Positions 49,870 to 64,000 of a stretch of DNA of 64,000 bases are shown here, in pieces. Source of the stretch: the human T2T-CHM13v2.0 reference genome, Homo sapiens; NCBI RefSeq assembly GCF_009914755.1, contig NC_060927.1, one strand, 5' to 3'. Numbering within the stretch: the stretch's first letter is position 1; each line of letters opens with the position of its first letter. The position numbers and the translations under genes are program-made. The notes under the pieces are model-generated. The model did no database searches, was not told the origin of the DNA, and saw only the letters and a program-made list of their open reading frames with translations.

Positions 49870-51180
49870 TATTAGAGTTGGGTGGTGGATAGGGAGGCCA
49901 ACTTTGGCTGGAGGGAATCAAGGAAGACAACAGGCTGGTCAAGGAAGCAAAGAGATGAAGCTGCCTTCACGCAGAGATGGGCGTGAAGAGGCACGACATG
50001 GTAAAGAGGCACCATGAGCTTCTGCCTTTGAGTAAACTCAAAGAATGTGAGAATGGCCCAGTTCCACTGGAACATGGAGACTGGTAGAGAATAAGCTTTC
50101 AGAAAAGCCTTTAAGTATTAGGGTTTTCTGTTTTGTTCATATACAATGGGAAGACATTTAGGGATTTTTAGCATAGAATTACATGAATTGGTTTGTGATT
50201 TAAAAATACTTAAATGATATCAAGTAAGTCAAGCCTTGAGATATAACAATGCTGAGTCTGGTATGATGCACACTTAGGGAACTACTACAATATTCCAGGC
50301 AAGAGACAATGGAGAGGTAACCATGGCTAGAATGATGGCACCAAAAAGCGGGAAAGAAAAGATGGGAGTGAGAAATAGAAATAGTATTGAGATAAGAACA
50401 AGAAAGATCAGGGTGTGGGAAAGACATGAGTGTTAGTCTGTTTTGCAGTGCCATGCAGGAATACCCGAGGCTGGGTACTCTATATATTAAAAAAAGAGTT
50501 CTTTGGCTCATAGTTCTACAGCCTATACAGGAAACATAGTGCTGGCATCTGTTTCTGGTGACAGCCTCAGGAAGTTTCCAGTCATAGCTGAAGTCAAAGG
50601 GGCAGCGAGTGTATTACTTGGCAAGAGAGAACACAAGAGAGAAAGGAGGGAGGTCCCGGTCTCAAAACAATCAGCTCTCTTGTGAACTAACAGAGTGAGA
50701 ACTCGTTCATTACCATGGGAAGGCACCAAGCCATTCATGAACAATCCAGTCCCATAACCCAAATATCTCCCACCAGGCCCCACTTTCAACACTGGGGATC
50801 TCATTTCAATATGAGATTTGGAGGGGACATACATCCAAACTATAACAGCATATAAGATTCATAGATAACTCTAAGCTTTTGAGGTGAAATGGTGGAATAG
50901 TTACAGTGTTAATAGAAACAAATATCTGGATACACTGGTTTTGAAAAGAAAGATAATGAGTTAAGCTTTAAACATGAGTTTGGTACAATCCCAACAGAGA
51001 TACTGAGAAAGTAACTGAGAACCATGTATCTGCTCAATGGTGATATTAGAAGTTATATAGTTATAATTCCATCCAAAGGAAAAATGAAGAAAATACTGGT
51101 GGGAATAGAACCTTCTGGAATGATTATCTTTAATGATTTGTAGGTCGCTGGTACTTATTGAGAGAGTGGTTTTAACAGAA
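49870..51180. mobile_element. L2 fragments interrupted by an MST LTR (~50429-50847)
   Basis: MST: ttagtctgttttgc…ggctggg…tcaacactggggat…aaactataaca; purine-rich L2-like flanks. Confidence 0.65.
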
Positions 51181-51782
51181 TGTGGTGTGCCGTTAAAAAG
51201 TACTCGAGTTCTAGGTATAACTTAGTTTCGAAACAGTATTTCTAAGGCTATTTTAATTAATTGTGACATTTGGTTCCAATTTTTGATTGTTTTTTACTTC
51301 CCTTCCTATTTATCACTCTTTCAGAGATTTTTGTCACCTCCTGGGCATTTACCAAACAATTGTTTCCAGAAATAGTCACAGGATGAATGAACTGTATTCA
51401 AACAGTCTAGTTTCATTTTTTCCATTGACAGAGGCATCTTCCAAAGTTTCTGGGTTTTAGATACGACTTTGCTACAGTGATTTTAGTGATAATGCCTAAT
51501 ATGTTTATTTATTTTAGCTACGTCCGTTGAATTAATGGAATTAGTTTACTTTTTTCTTTTTAACTAGTCATCAGTCTTTCAAGCACATAATGTAGCTAGT
51601 CCCGCAGATACAACAATATCACTTGGTATTTCATGTACTGAAGTCCTTTATCTGGAACATTTATATGATCTAATTCATGTCTTTACAGACATGCTTTCTC
51701 CTTAAAGTAGTGCTCTAAAATTGTCGTAATGAATCCTAAATATTTGGCATTTAGTTTAAACATTTTTATTTGCTCAGTTATA

Positions 51783-52085
51783 GGCCAGGTGCAGTAGCTG
51801 ACCCCTGTAATCCCAGCACTTAGGGAGGCTGAGGCAGGAGGATCACTTGAGCCCAAGAGTTTGAGACCAGCTTTGTCAACATAGCAAGAACTAGTCTCTA
51901 CAAAATATTAAAATATTAGCTGGGTGTGGTGGTGTGCATCTGTAGTCCCAGCTACTCAGGAGGCTGAGGTGGGAGGATCGCTTGAGCCTGGGAGGTCAAG
52001 GCTGCAGTGAGCTATGATGGCACGACTTTGCCCCAGCTTGGATGACAAAGTGAGACCCTGTCTCAAATAAATAAATAAAATAAAA
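51783..52085 (+). mobile_element. AluJ-like
   Basis: TSD atttgctca(g/a)tta. Confidence 0.93.
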
Positions 52086-52454
52086 GATGAAAATATATAT
52101 TTGCTCAATTACGATGTTCACATGCAGAATAATCATAAAATCTTAAATCTAGAAGAGGCTTTGGAGAAAATTAATGCACATCATTTGACACAGGAGGAAT
52201 AAGAATCTCAGAAACATTAGGAGACTAGGTAAAAGTCACATGGCATGTTAACACATGGTACATGATTGAATGTTATATAGTTACAAGGACAAACACATAA
52301 GTTACTTGCCTATTTCAGTCATTCTAAATACTAGATTTTCATTATGGACATCATATTAGGAACTGATGAGAAATCATCAAGCGATAACATTGTTCTTGTC
52401 CTCTAGAACACACATACCTGGGGAAAATCTTTGCTGTGCCATCTGTAGAATCTA

Positions 52455-52763
<309 letters not shown>

Positions 52764-53919
52764 AGAATCTAACATAGAAAGTTGTCAGTGCTGGATGAAG
52801 GAAAAATGATTAAATGATTTTCATCAATGAAATGCCTTTTCTTCATTACATGATAAGATTAGCAACAGAAAAGCCAATCAAGGGATTTTATAGATTAATA
52901 TATTTGAAATAAAGCAGTTAAACCCATCATCAAGTGCCAGTTGCTGTGAGAGTTCACTTCAAACAAAATAAATTGCTGCCATTTTATTGTCAAAAAGGCA
53001 TGATAGGAGGATTGGGAAATTCAGCTGTTTTCCCCCCTTTTTTCTTCATTTAGGAAATGACTATACTTCTCACTCAATGCCAGAAAAAGAGGGTTATCTA
53101 CAAAGGCACCTTGAAGCTAGTATATATGAAAACAGTAAATCTTAGATATTCAATCTAATGGCACAAGGTTTTGAAAAATACTGCATACGATTTAAACTTA
53201 ACTCAGATTAGCATCTTAGGTTATTGAAGATCAGATAAATTTGGGGGGAAGTAAGTAATGGTTAATAAAGGAACTTAGTGCTAGAATAGCGGAAGAGAGA
53301 TGTAGTATCGTTTCCCGTTGTACAGTGTAGTTTTCATTTTTTTTCCTTCTAAATAATTTATTTTAATTGAAAAATTGCTTTTGGTTATGTGTGGGATAAA
53401 AGGTATGGACCATTAGAAAAGAAACCACAGTAAACTGTGCCAACATTATATTAAGCCACCATGATTGAGGGACACGAATACAGTTTTGGACTAAGATTAA
53501 TTTTCAGGGGACTATTTAAATTAGTTCTGTTTAGTGTTGAGTAAATGCTTGGACATTTACCCTTACGGCCTGAAAACCATGTATTCCCACAGAGTAGTAA
53601 ACGATTCTGGATCTGGCCACAGTGTGGCGATGTTGCAGCACAGATTCACCTTGCCCTGCTGAAGGACTGCTGAGTTCTCACACTTGAAACATGAATTTCC
53701 ACTGCCTGCGCTGACTTTCCTTTCCATTTAATAATACCTTATGATAAACTAGGGTTTTTATTTTCTAGCATAATTTCATAAGTGTGTGTGGCACACTTCT
53801 GTTGTTGTTGGTAGAGAACTTTAGAATTTGTATGCATCTGGCACCTCTAAATGTTCACATGTAACATGATACTTTTAACTGTTGTATCCTCCATACTCTA
53901 ACAGGGAATCCATGTACCA

Positions 53920-54340
53920 TCGCAGTTTCTCACTCATTTGTGGGATCTAAAATTCAAAACAATTAAACTTATGGACATAGAGAGTAGAAGGATGGTTACC
54001 AGAGACTGGGAAGGGTAGTGGGGGGCTGAGAGGGTGGTGGGGATGATTAATGGGTACAAAAAATAGTTAAAAAGAATGAATAAGCCCTACCATTTGATAG
54101 CACAACAGGGTGACTGTAGTCATTAATAGTTTAATGGTACATTTAAAAATAACTAAAAGAGCATAATTGGAGTGTTTGTAACACACAAGATAAATGCTTG
54201 AGAGGATGGATACCCCATTCTCCATGGTGTGCTTATTTCACATCGCATGCCTGTATCAAAACATTGTATGTACCCCATAAATATATACATCTACTATGTA
54301 ATCACAAAAATTAAAAATAAAAAAGTTTGAAAAACAAACA
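53920..54340 (+). mobile_element. L1MA 3' end
   Basis: ttctcactcatttgtgggatctaaaa…gagagtagaaggatggttaccagag…gtaccccataaatatatac. Confidence 0.88.
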
Positions 54341-54499
54341 AGGAATTTATGTAATGCTAAATAAACCAATTTCAATATGTAATGCTTTTGAAGGATCCAC
54401 TTGGACATATGGAATAATAGCAAATACCACCACAGTTCGTGAGTTTCATCCAAGAATGAAATGACACTTGTTGTAAACAGCATTCATGAATTCATGTGC

Positions 54500-55050
54500 A
54501 AAGCTAGCTGTTCATTCACTCCACAAATGTGAAGTGCCTACTCTGTGCCAGACACTCTTTCTGGATATGCAGAGATAGACAAAATATACTTGATACTTGC
54601 GTAGTGGAGCAGAGTGACATTAAAAAGCTATAATAACAAATCCATAATTACTACCTGTGGTTAACTTAATGAAGATACATTGAAATAGTATAAGCTGATT
54701 CAGATGGGAAGAGAGGAGAGAGGGAGATGAAAAGAAGGCTAACGAGGTAAAGAACGTTTCCAGGCAGAAAGAACAGCATTTGAGTAGGTTCTGAGGGGAG
54801 TTTGGCCAAATCAAGAAACTGAAACAATGTTACCAAGTTAATAGGGCTTAAACGTTTCTGAGAAGGGTGGAAGGAGAGTAGCAGACGACTTGCTGGATTA
54901 GCAGGGGCCAAAACAACCAGGCCCATCCATGAGTGAAATGACAAGGATCATAGATTTTATTCCTAGTCCTGTGGGAAGCTGTTGGAAGGTTTATGAGAAG
55001 GAGAGCAAGAAGATCAGGTTTTTTTGTCATACTATAAACTATGTAAATTC
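54500..55050 (-). mobile_element. L2 3' fragment
   Basis: ttcattcactc…gtgcctactctgtgccagacact…ccaggcagaaagaacagcat. Confidence 0.7.
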
Positions 55051-55867
55051 CAATCCTAACATTAAAATCTTTAAGGATTTTTTATGAGCTTTATTTTTTC
55101 TTTGGTTTTATATTTTTTTCCCAAGAAAACCTTGGACATGGGATGCTTGAAGTGTAAGGTATAGAGCTTTTCAGTTAAAGCGTGCACACACACACATACA
55201 AACACACACACACACTCACTCCCTTGAAAATGTATTTGATTCTGGTGATAATGTTCTACTTTTATATTGCAACATCACTCGCCATTCACCATTGAGTTTG
55301 TGTAATTTGATAGTTGAAAAGAATTTACCTTTATCTAAAAAAGAATTAGTATAGTATTAAACTGTATTTTTTCAATGTTTATTATATTTACCATTCAGGA
55401 GGAAAAAAGAACCAAAAACCCCTCAAACATTGTGTTCAATATATAATTGGAAGGAATATAGGTCCTTTAAGCTCAACGGAATATCTTTTGGCACAGTGAG
55501 GAAGCCTAGGCCCCTCCCTTATCGAATGAATTTGCTACATCACTGCGCAGACTATTTCCCAGGCTTACGCAGTGTCCGAGAATTCCAGTACATTTCTTAC
55601 CACACAGTGTGTCTTGTAGAGTGATGGTTACGTGTTGAAGTGACTGAGGGTTCATCAGAATTGGTTACATGTCTTTTTGGTGAGCTAAATACCATCTACA
55701 CTAATCTGCTGCAGAGCTAGAACTTAAATGAACAACAAAGAGAATAATGTATAGTAGATATTAATGATAAGAATAAAATGACTCCACTTGCAATCTACCA
55801 TCAGGAGAGAAAGTAGATCATTTACAGAAATAGATGCGTGAGAAATTTGTTTAAAATAAACAGGTCT

Positions 55868-56145
55868 GACTGGATGGGTAGGTCATGCTTGTAATCACAG
55901 CACTTTGGGAGGCCAAGGCCATGGATCACTTGAGAACATGAGTTCGAGACCAGCCTTGGCAACAGGGCAAAACCCTGTCTGCAAAAATATTAGCCGGGGG
56001 TGGTGGCCGTAATCCCAGCTACTTGTGAGGCTGAGGGAGAATCATTTGAGCCCAGGAAGCAGAGGTTACTGTGAGCTGAGATTGGGCCACTGCACTCCAG
56101 CCTGCCTGACAGAGCCAGACCTTGTCTCAAAAACAAACAAACAAA
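55868..56145 (+). mobile_element. Old Alu with a (AAAC)n tail
   Basis: Diverged dimeric Alu; TSD aaacaggt. Confidence 0.9.
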
Positions 56146-56243
56146 CAGGTTTAGGGTGATTAATTGATTAACGTTTTTTAAAACTATATTTTAAAGAAAT
56201 TAAATTTGAGATAAAGGTCTTTTGTATTTACCCACATATTTAC

Positions 56244-57018
56244 TGTCTTAGCCCGTTTAGTATTTCTATTAAGGTATCTCTAAGCCTGGGTCATTGTTAC
56301 AAAGAAAATAAGTTTATTTGGCTCATGGTTCTTCAGGCTTGTACAAGAAGCATGGCGCCAGCATCAGCATGTGGTGAGGACCTCAGGCTGCTTCCACTCA
56401 TGGTGGAAAGAGAAGGGAAGCTGGTGTGTGCAGATCGTATGGTGAGAGAGGAAGCAGGAGAGAGGGGAGGAAGGCACGAGGCTCTTTTTTTTTTTTTTTT
56501 TTTTGAGACGGCGTTTCGCTCCGAGGCTGGAGTGCAATGGAGCGATATCGGCTCAGTGCAACCTCCGCCTCCCGAGTTCCTGCCATTCTCCGCCTAGCCT
56601 CCGGAGTAGCTGGGGTTACAGGCATGAGCCACCACGCCCGGCTAATTTTTGTATTTTTAGTAGAGACGGGGTTTCTCCATTTTGGTCAGGCTGGTCTTGA
56701 ATTCGCGACCTCAGGTGATCCACCAGCCTCATGGATCCCTCAGGTGATCCACCCGCCTTGTGTAATCCCTCCCAAAGTGCTGGGATTACAGACGTGAGCC
56801 ACCGCGCCCAACCTAGGAGGCTCTTTTTAACAACGAGCTCTTTAGGAACTAATAGAGCCAGAACTCACTCATTCCTTTCTCCCCAGCAGGGAGGGGACTT
56901 AATTTATTCATGAAGAAATCATCCCATTCCCTAAACACCTCTCCTTAGGCCCCACCTCCGGCATTGGGGATCAGATTTCAACATGAGATGTGGAGGGGAC
57001 AAACATCCAAACTGTTGC
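56244..57018. mobile_element. MST LTR interrupted by an antisense Alu (56485-56813)
   Basis: MaLR motifs; Alu TSD gaggctcttttt. Confidence 0.85.
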
Positions 57019-57019
57019 A

Positions 57020-58740
<1,721 letters not shown>

Positions 58741-58744
58741 TAGT

Positions 58745-59005
58745 ATATTAGTCTATTCAAGCTGCCATTAAAAAATACCATAGACTAGATGGCTTAGGCA
58801 ACAAAGATTTATTTTCTTGTAGTTCTGGAGTCTGGAAGAACAAGGTGCTGGCAAGGTTGGTTTCTGATGAAGCCTTTCGCTATGTCCTCACACAGCCTTC
58901 TCTCTGTGCACTCTGAGGGAGAGAGAAAGATGAAGAGAAAGAGAGAAAAAACTCTACAGTGTCTCATCTTTTTCTTGTAAGGAAACCAATCCCATTCAAT
59001 TATGG
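58745..59005. mobile_element. MLT1-like LTR fragment
   Basis: tattagtct…gctgccat…aaataccatagact.gatggctta. Confidence 0.7.
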
Positions 59006-59419
59006 ATTATCACAGATTAAAAAGAATACTTCCTTACTTAAAATCTTTTAAAGGATCCGGAGTGACTTATGAGGTGAAGTTCCGTTTCTTTCTTTCTTCT
59101 TTTTTTTTTAGTGTGGCATTCAGGTCCTTTTAGGATGACCCTCTCCCTGTCCAGTCTCTCTAATCAGTTTTATCTCCCAAACCCAATTCATCTGCTGTCC
59201 TATTAATGCTACAGGACTATTGTGAGAATCAAATAAAATAATAAGGCAAATTTTCTATAGCTGTTAGTATTACATTCCTCTATCATTTAAGACTCAGCTT
59301 AAAATCCTCCACTGTGAGACTTTCTCAGATATGTTATCTATAATGTCTTCTTCTGAACATCACAGCATGCTTACTATGTCTCTTACACAGTATTTAAGCA
59401 GCAAATGAATGATCTGTTT

Positions 59420-59620
59420 CAGGGGAATGCAAACTATTGCTCAGAGGCCAAATCCCACCAGCTACCAGTTTTTTTATTGGAACACATTTGTTTTCTCTTG
59501 TCTGTGACTTCTCTTGTACTTTAATAGCAGAGTTGAACTGTTGGACAGAGATATTATGGTCTACAAAGCCTAAAATATTGACTATATTATTCTTTATGGA
59601 GAACATTTACCAACCCTTGA
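59420..59620. mobile_element. MER58A-like DNA transposon
   Basis: cagggg…gcaaacta…gcagagttgaactgttg.acagaga…aaagcctaaaatatt. Confidence 0.75.
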
Positions 59621-59719
59621 ATCAGGTACAAATGTTTTAGTGAAGAATGTAGATATTATGCATTCTGTTTCCAATATTTATTACATCTTTGAATTATTCA
59701 TCCTACAATGCACAGTTTC

Positions 59720-59940
59720 TCCCCCTCAGTATTATTTACATTTATGGTTGAAAAATTTTTTGTTGTGGGGGGATTTTTCTGGATATTGTAGGATGTTTAG
59801 CCATATCCCTAAGTCTTTTTCCCGCTATATGCCAGTAGTAGCACTCCTCCTCTAGTTGTGAATAACACAAATGATTTCAGACATTGCCACATATCCCCTG
59901 AGTGGTAAACTCATCCCCCTATAGAGAAACAATGCTATAA
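59720..59940. mobile_element. MER20-like DNA transposon
   Basis: ttgtaggatgtttagc…atgccagtag…cagacattgcca.atatcccctg. Confidence 0.75.
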
Positions 59941-60134
59941 TGCATCATTAGATTGATCAAGCATGAAGTTTTTTTGTTAAACAACTGAACTTCACTGATC
60001 TTGTGAGTATTCTACAGTAATGCCACTTAACCTTTTGTGCAAGTGAGAATTACATAAATGCAAGGGGGGGAAGTGCGTTTGAGTTTAAAAAGTTGTACAG
60101 TTGATACTGATGCACATCAAATGTTGAGAATTAC

Positions 60135-60317
60135 TTTTCTAGAGCTCAGGTGTGCGTCAGAGTCAGCTGGAGGCTGTGTTGAAGTACAGATTGCCAAGGC
60201 CCACTCCTTGAGACTTTGATTCATTAAGTCTGTCTGGGCTTTAAAAATGTGCATTTCTAAAACTTCCCAGGTGATACTGCTGCAGCTAGTGCTGGAAGAA
60301 TAACTTGAGAATCACTG
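60135..60317. mobile_element. MER5-like DNA transposon
   Basis: tgcatttctaaaacttcccaggtgatactg…ttgagaatcactg. Confidence 0.7.
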
Positions 60318-62850
60318 TATGTAGCATAGTTATTTGTGTTGTCTAATTCGGCAATAGTCTTCTTGCAAACAAGGTATTGTATTGATAGCGTGAAAACTAT
60401 GAGATGACCATGTTGCATAATCAAAGAAGTATGAAAACGAATTAAAATGAAAACAAAACAAAAAGTCCCACCTTGGTTCCAGCCTTGCTCAGCCCTTACT
60501 GGAAAGTCATTTTGCATCTCCGATCTCTGATTCATTATCTGAATTATAATATGTAATTAGCTATCTTGCCTAGATAACATTAAATTAATTGATATTCAAT
60601 AATAAACACCACTTTTACTCCACAGTTTTCCTCATATGCACTTCACAAAAAAGAAATCATATTGACTATAGTGTATGGACTCCTTTTGTCTAAAAAGGCT
60701 CTACACAAGTAAAGCAAAAGTCACTGGAGGACCGTTTATCAGGGGAATTGAAACTTAATAATCACACTGATCTTCTTGGTCAATTCTAAAATAGGCTGTG
60801 AGAAGTACAGTGGGCCTTGAGTTCTTATTGGATAGATTATATCTTAGATCGGTTTAACCCCTTCTTGAAATACACAAATTCAGGATTTACTTTTTAATTA
60901 ACCAAAACTTTTGAGATTCTAATACTCTGAGGCAGAATTATGAATATATCCATTGTGATTATTTCAGACCACACTGAAAACATTTATGTCTACCTTATTG
61001 GACTTTCTGGTTTATTTTGTGGTCATTTATGAGAAATGAACGTGACTTCACTTAAGAATTCAGTTGAAAGCTTTTGCCAGTAAGACACGTCAGTTATTAG
61101 GAGGTTGCTTCTCAAGACAGATGAGTCCCACAGTGTTCTCTACCATGTTTTCCTGCTGGAAGGTTCTGTAATGTATCTTACCACTTCTGTCATTAAGGGT
61201 ATGGATCTTGCTTAGCATGACATTTTGTGGGATCCTAGTTGTGTGGTATTTATAGGCATCTAACTGGATGAATAACATCTGATGAATTCAAAGCACACAC
61301 ATTAATGGTAATGTGGACATCTTTTTGAATAAACTACAAAAACAAATCCAAATTCTGTGGTAATGCTTCCATCTGTCCTATGATATTCATTATTGTAGAA
61401 TATCATACAGTGGTGGTGTCACAAATGTTATGTCTCTGGAGCATCATGTAACCTTGAGAGCAGAAATATCTAAAGAACCAAAGGAGAATAAAGGCTATAA
61501 TTAAAAATAAGTCCCAATAAATAGTTTCCATGTGGTTGTGAAAAGCCCTTGAGCACAGCTGGAAAATTTCAGGCTGAAATATGTTGGAACAATAGTTTAC
61601 AGAGGAAAGTAGCTGGGTTTGTGGTTACACTTGGAAGTGAAATTTTCTTGCTTGGTCATAACAGCAAACTATAAAGTTTAGTAAGAATATTCCCTAAAGA
61701 AGATTTTACTCCCTGAATTACAAAGAGAAACATAATAGATGATTTCTTAAGTGACAGTATGGGCTAATTGATACTTTAGAAAAAGTTGTATTATATACAA
61801 ATGAAAGTAAGTTGCAAGGTGTAAAGAAAAATATAGACTTATTTAACAACAAAGGTTGAAGAATCCAAAATGCAGGAGAGGAGATGAAGAGTCAGTATAA
61901 AGTTGTAAAACAAGGTTACACTTGAAATCTTGTGATATACATCTTTCTTTTTACTATTTGAATAAACATCTCAATGTACACAAAACCAACTCATCATTTC
62001 CTTCCAGATTTGACTTCTTCTTCTACATATTTTGTTGTTGTTACATGCTTCTTTCTTCAAGGCACCTAATCTTGAAATTTTAGCATTATTTTAAAATTTT
62101 CCCTCTACTCACCTTCCATATGAAATCAATTGTTAATTTCTTTTAATTCTACTGCTAATGAGCCATTCACATCCATTTTTATTTAATAAATTATATTAAC
62201 ACACTGGATTCATTGAAAATAGTTTTCAAAGAAATACCAGGCAAGCAGAAAAGTTCTGTGAAACTGTAATGTCTTCGGGTATAGATAATCACTTGGAAAT
62301 GGGAGGAGGGGATAGTAGGCTAGTTAATTTGTGGTTGATGAAATTTTAAAAGATCAATGCCTTGAAAGTTAGAGTGGAATCCAGGGGTAAGGAGAGAGAG
62401 CTAAAAACCTATGTGTGGCAGGCAGATGTGGGTAATCAGGTAATCATGAATAGTACATTGGATGGAAGGGGTGCATTTTAAAACAAGAATGTATGCTGCT
62501 GCTGACAAGTAGTATTATCAAACTATAAAATATGATTCCAAATATGGGTCTGGGGTGGAAATGAATTCCCCTTTTAGGAAAGTAGTTTCAATCAACGCTT
62601 CTTCAATCTTCAGACATATTTTTAGTAAATTGTTTAGTTGTGAAAATAATGTTGAAATTTTGTTCAAATTTTTTTTTCTCACATAATGGTAAAAATGTTT
62701 ATTTTTATCAAAAGGGAAGTTTAAAAGACTAATGTAATTTATAGTGCATGCTGGGTCAGTGGTTTGGATATCAACAGGTGATACATTTATATACTTTGTT
62801 GAGACCTAAGTCACAACTGTAAGTTCAGTGACTTGATGGCTGCTAGGGTT

Positions 62851-63412
62851 GTATTAGTTTTCTGTTGCTGTGTAAAAAATTACCACAAACTTAGCAGCTT
62901 AAAACAAAACCCATTTTTTATTTCATAGATCCCTAAGTGATAAATACGGCATGGTGTGACTGGGTTCACAAGGCTGAATGAAAGGTATCAGCTAGTTGTG
63001 TTTTCATAAAAAATGGGCATATCCTCATATTTTCGATTACTGGCAGAATTTAATCCCTGGCTGTTGTCAGAGAGAGGTACCCATTTCCCAGCTGGGCATC
63101 AGTGGGCCACTGCTCCTCTCCCCTGAAGGCCATCTGTAGTTTTCTTAAGGGGCTCCCTCTGTTCTCAGAGTAGCCATGGAATGTCATGAAGTCCTTCTCA
63201 TGCTTCAGCCCTCTCTGACTTCATCTTTTGCCATGAGCTGGAGAAAACTCTCCGCTTTTCAGGGCTCATGTCATCGATCAGATTAGGCCCACCTAGATAT
63301 TCTCCCTATCTTAAGGTAAACATAATCACGGGAATAATACTATATGCACAAGCTCTGGGAGTTGGAGGAGATATCTTTAGTGAGAGGATTTTAGAAATTT
63401 TGTCTACCATAC
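62851..63412. mobile_element. MLT1-like (MaLR) LTR
   Basis: tgtattagtttt…aattaccacaaacttagcagcttaaaacaa…ttagaaattttgtctaccata. Confidence 0.8.
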
Positions 63413-64000
63413 CTGTGTGATATCAGCAACTGGACAGTGTGGTTGTGGTTCACAACATGACCTAGGAAAAAAAGCGAAAATGGAATTGTTCTTCTTATTG
63501 GGATTGTGGGTACCATCATATCTCATTTTAAGTTGACTTAGATAAAAAAACAAATTGCTGCTAAAAAACAAAATAAATTCTATTTCCAAGACCAGAATGC
63601 TCTGATTAAATGAGTTAATAACGCAGGAATTAATATCTTTCAAAGATTTACAGTAAAATTTACCTAAGGTGATGTTTAAAAAATGAATATGGAGACATTT
63701 TTGGTAAATTTGAAGACAATGAAGTTACCCATATTTTATACAACTATTTTCATGATGCCAATAAATTGCACACATGTTGGCCAAAAGACTGTAGTGAAAT
63801 AAAATATCAATTCTTAGATATTGTCAAGGGGAAACATAAGAATAACATCTTGAATTGCCATGATTTTCCATGGTTTAAAAGAAAACAGTAAATTGGAAAA
63901 TACTGCTTTCTTAAGAAAACATTTCCTAATAAAATTACCAGGTCTTCTCTAAGATTTCCTTGCTTCCTTGGATTCCCACCCCATCCAACATGCACATCAT

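Noticed and set aside
53613-53632. CTCF-like tggccacagtgtggcga
   Set aside because: Mismatches at the strongly conserved central AG

Overview
Primate (almost certainly human) genomic DNA, not prokaryotic: there are no operons, CRISPR arrays or RNA genes. Bases 1 to ~7.8 kb hold most of a 3-exon + strand gene that I recognise from its protein as C3orf38: the end of exon 1, exon 2, and exon 3 with its 3' UTR. The remaining ~56 kb is repeat-rich and apparently intergenic. It contains about 30 Alus, a truncated HERV-L provirus (MLT2 LTR plus gag/pro/pol remnant), a full-length but dead L1PA with an open ORF0-like frame, old L1M/L2/MIR/MER fragments and a dense cluster of LTRs at 39-46 kb. The most interesting candidates are two MER41 solo LTRs that each keep intact tandem STAT1 (GAS) motifs, a head-to-head LTR promoter pair with an octamer site, and inverted Alus flanking exon 2 (a possible circRNA). 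Several clear mutational scars are also present: a 5'-inverted Alu, a triple-TSD Alu tandem, a fold-back hairpin through the HERV-L protease site, and full-partial-full duplications. Repeat subfamily names come from remembered consensus sequences and need RepeatMasker/Dfam confirmation. I see no evidence of a wholly novel gene system.
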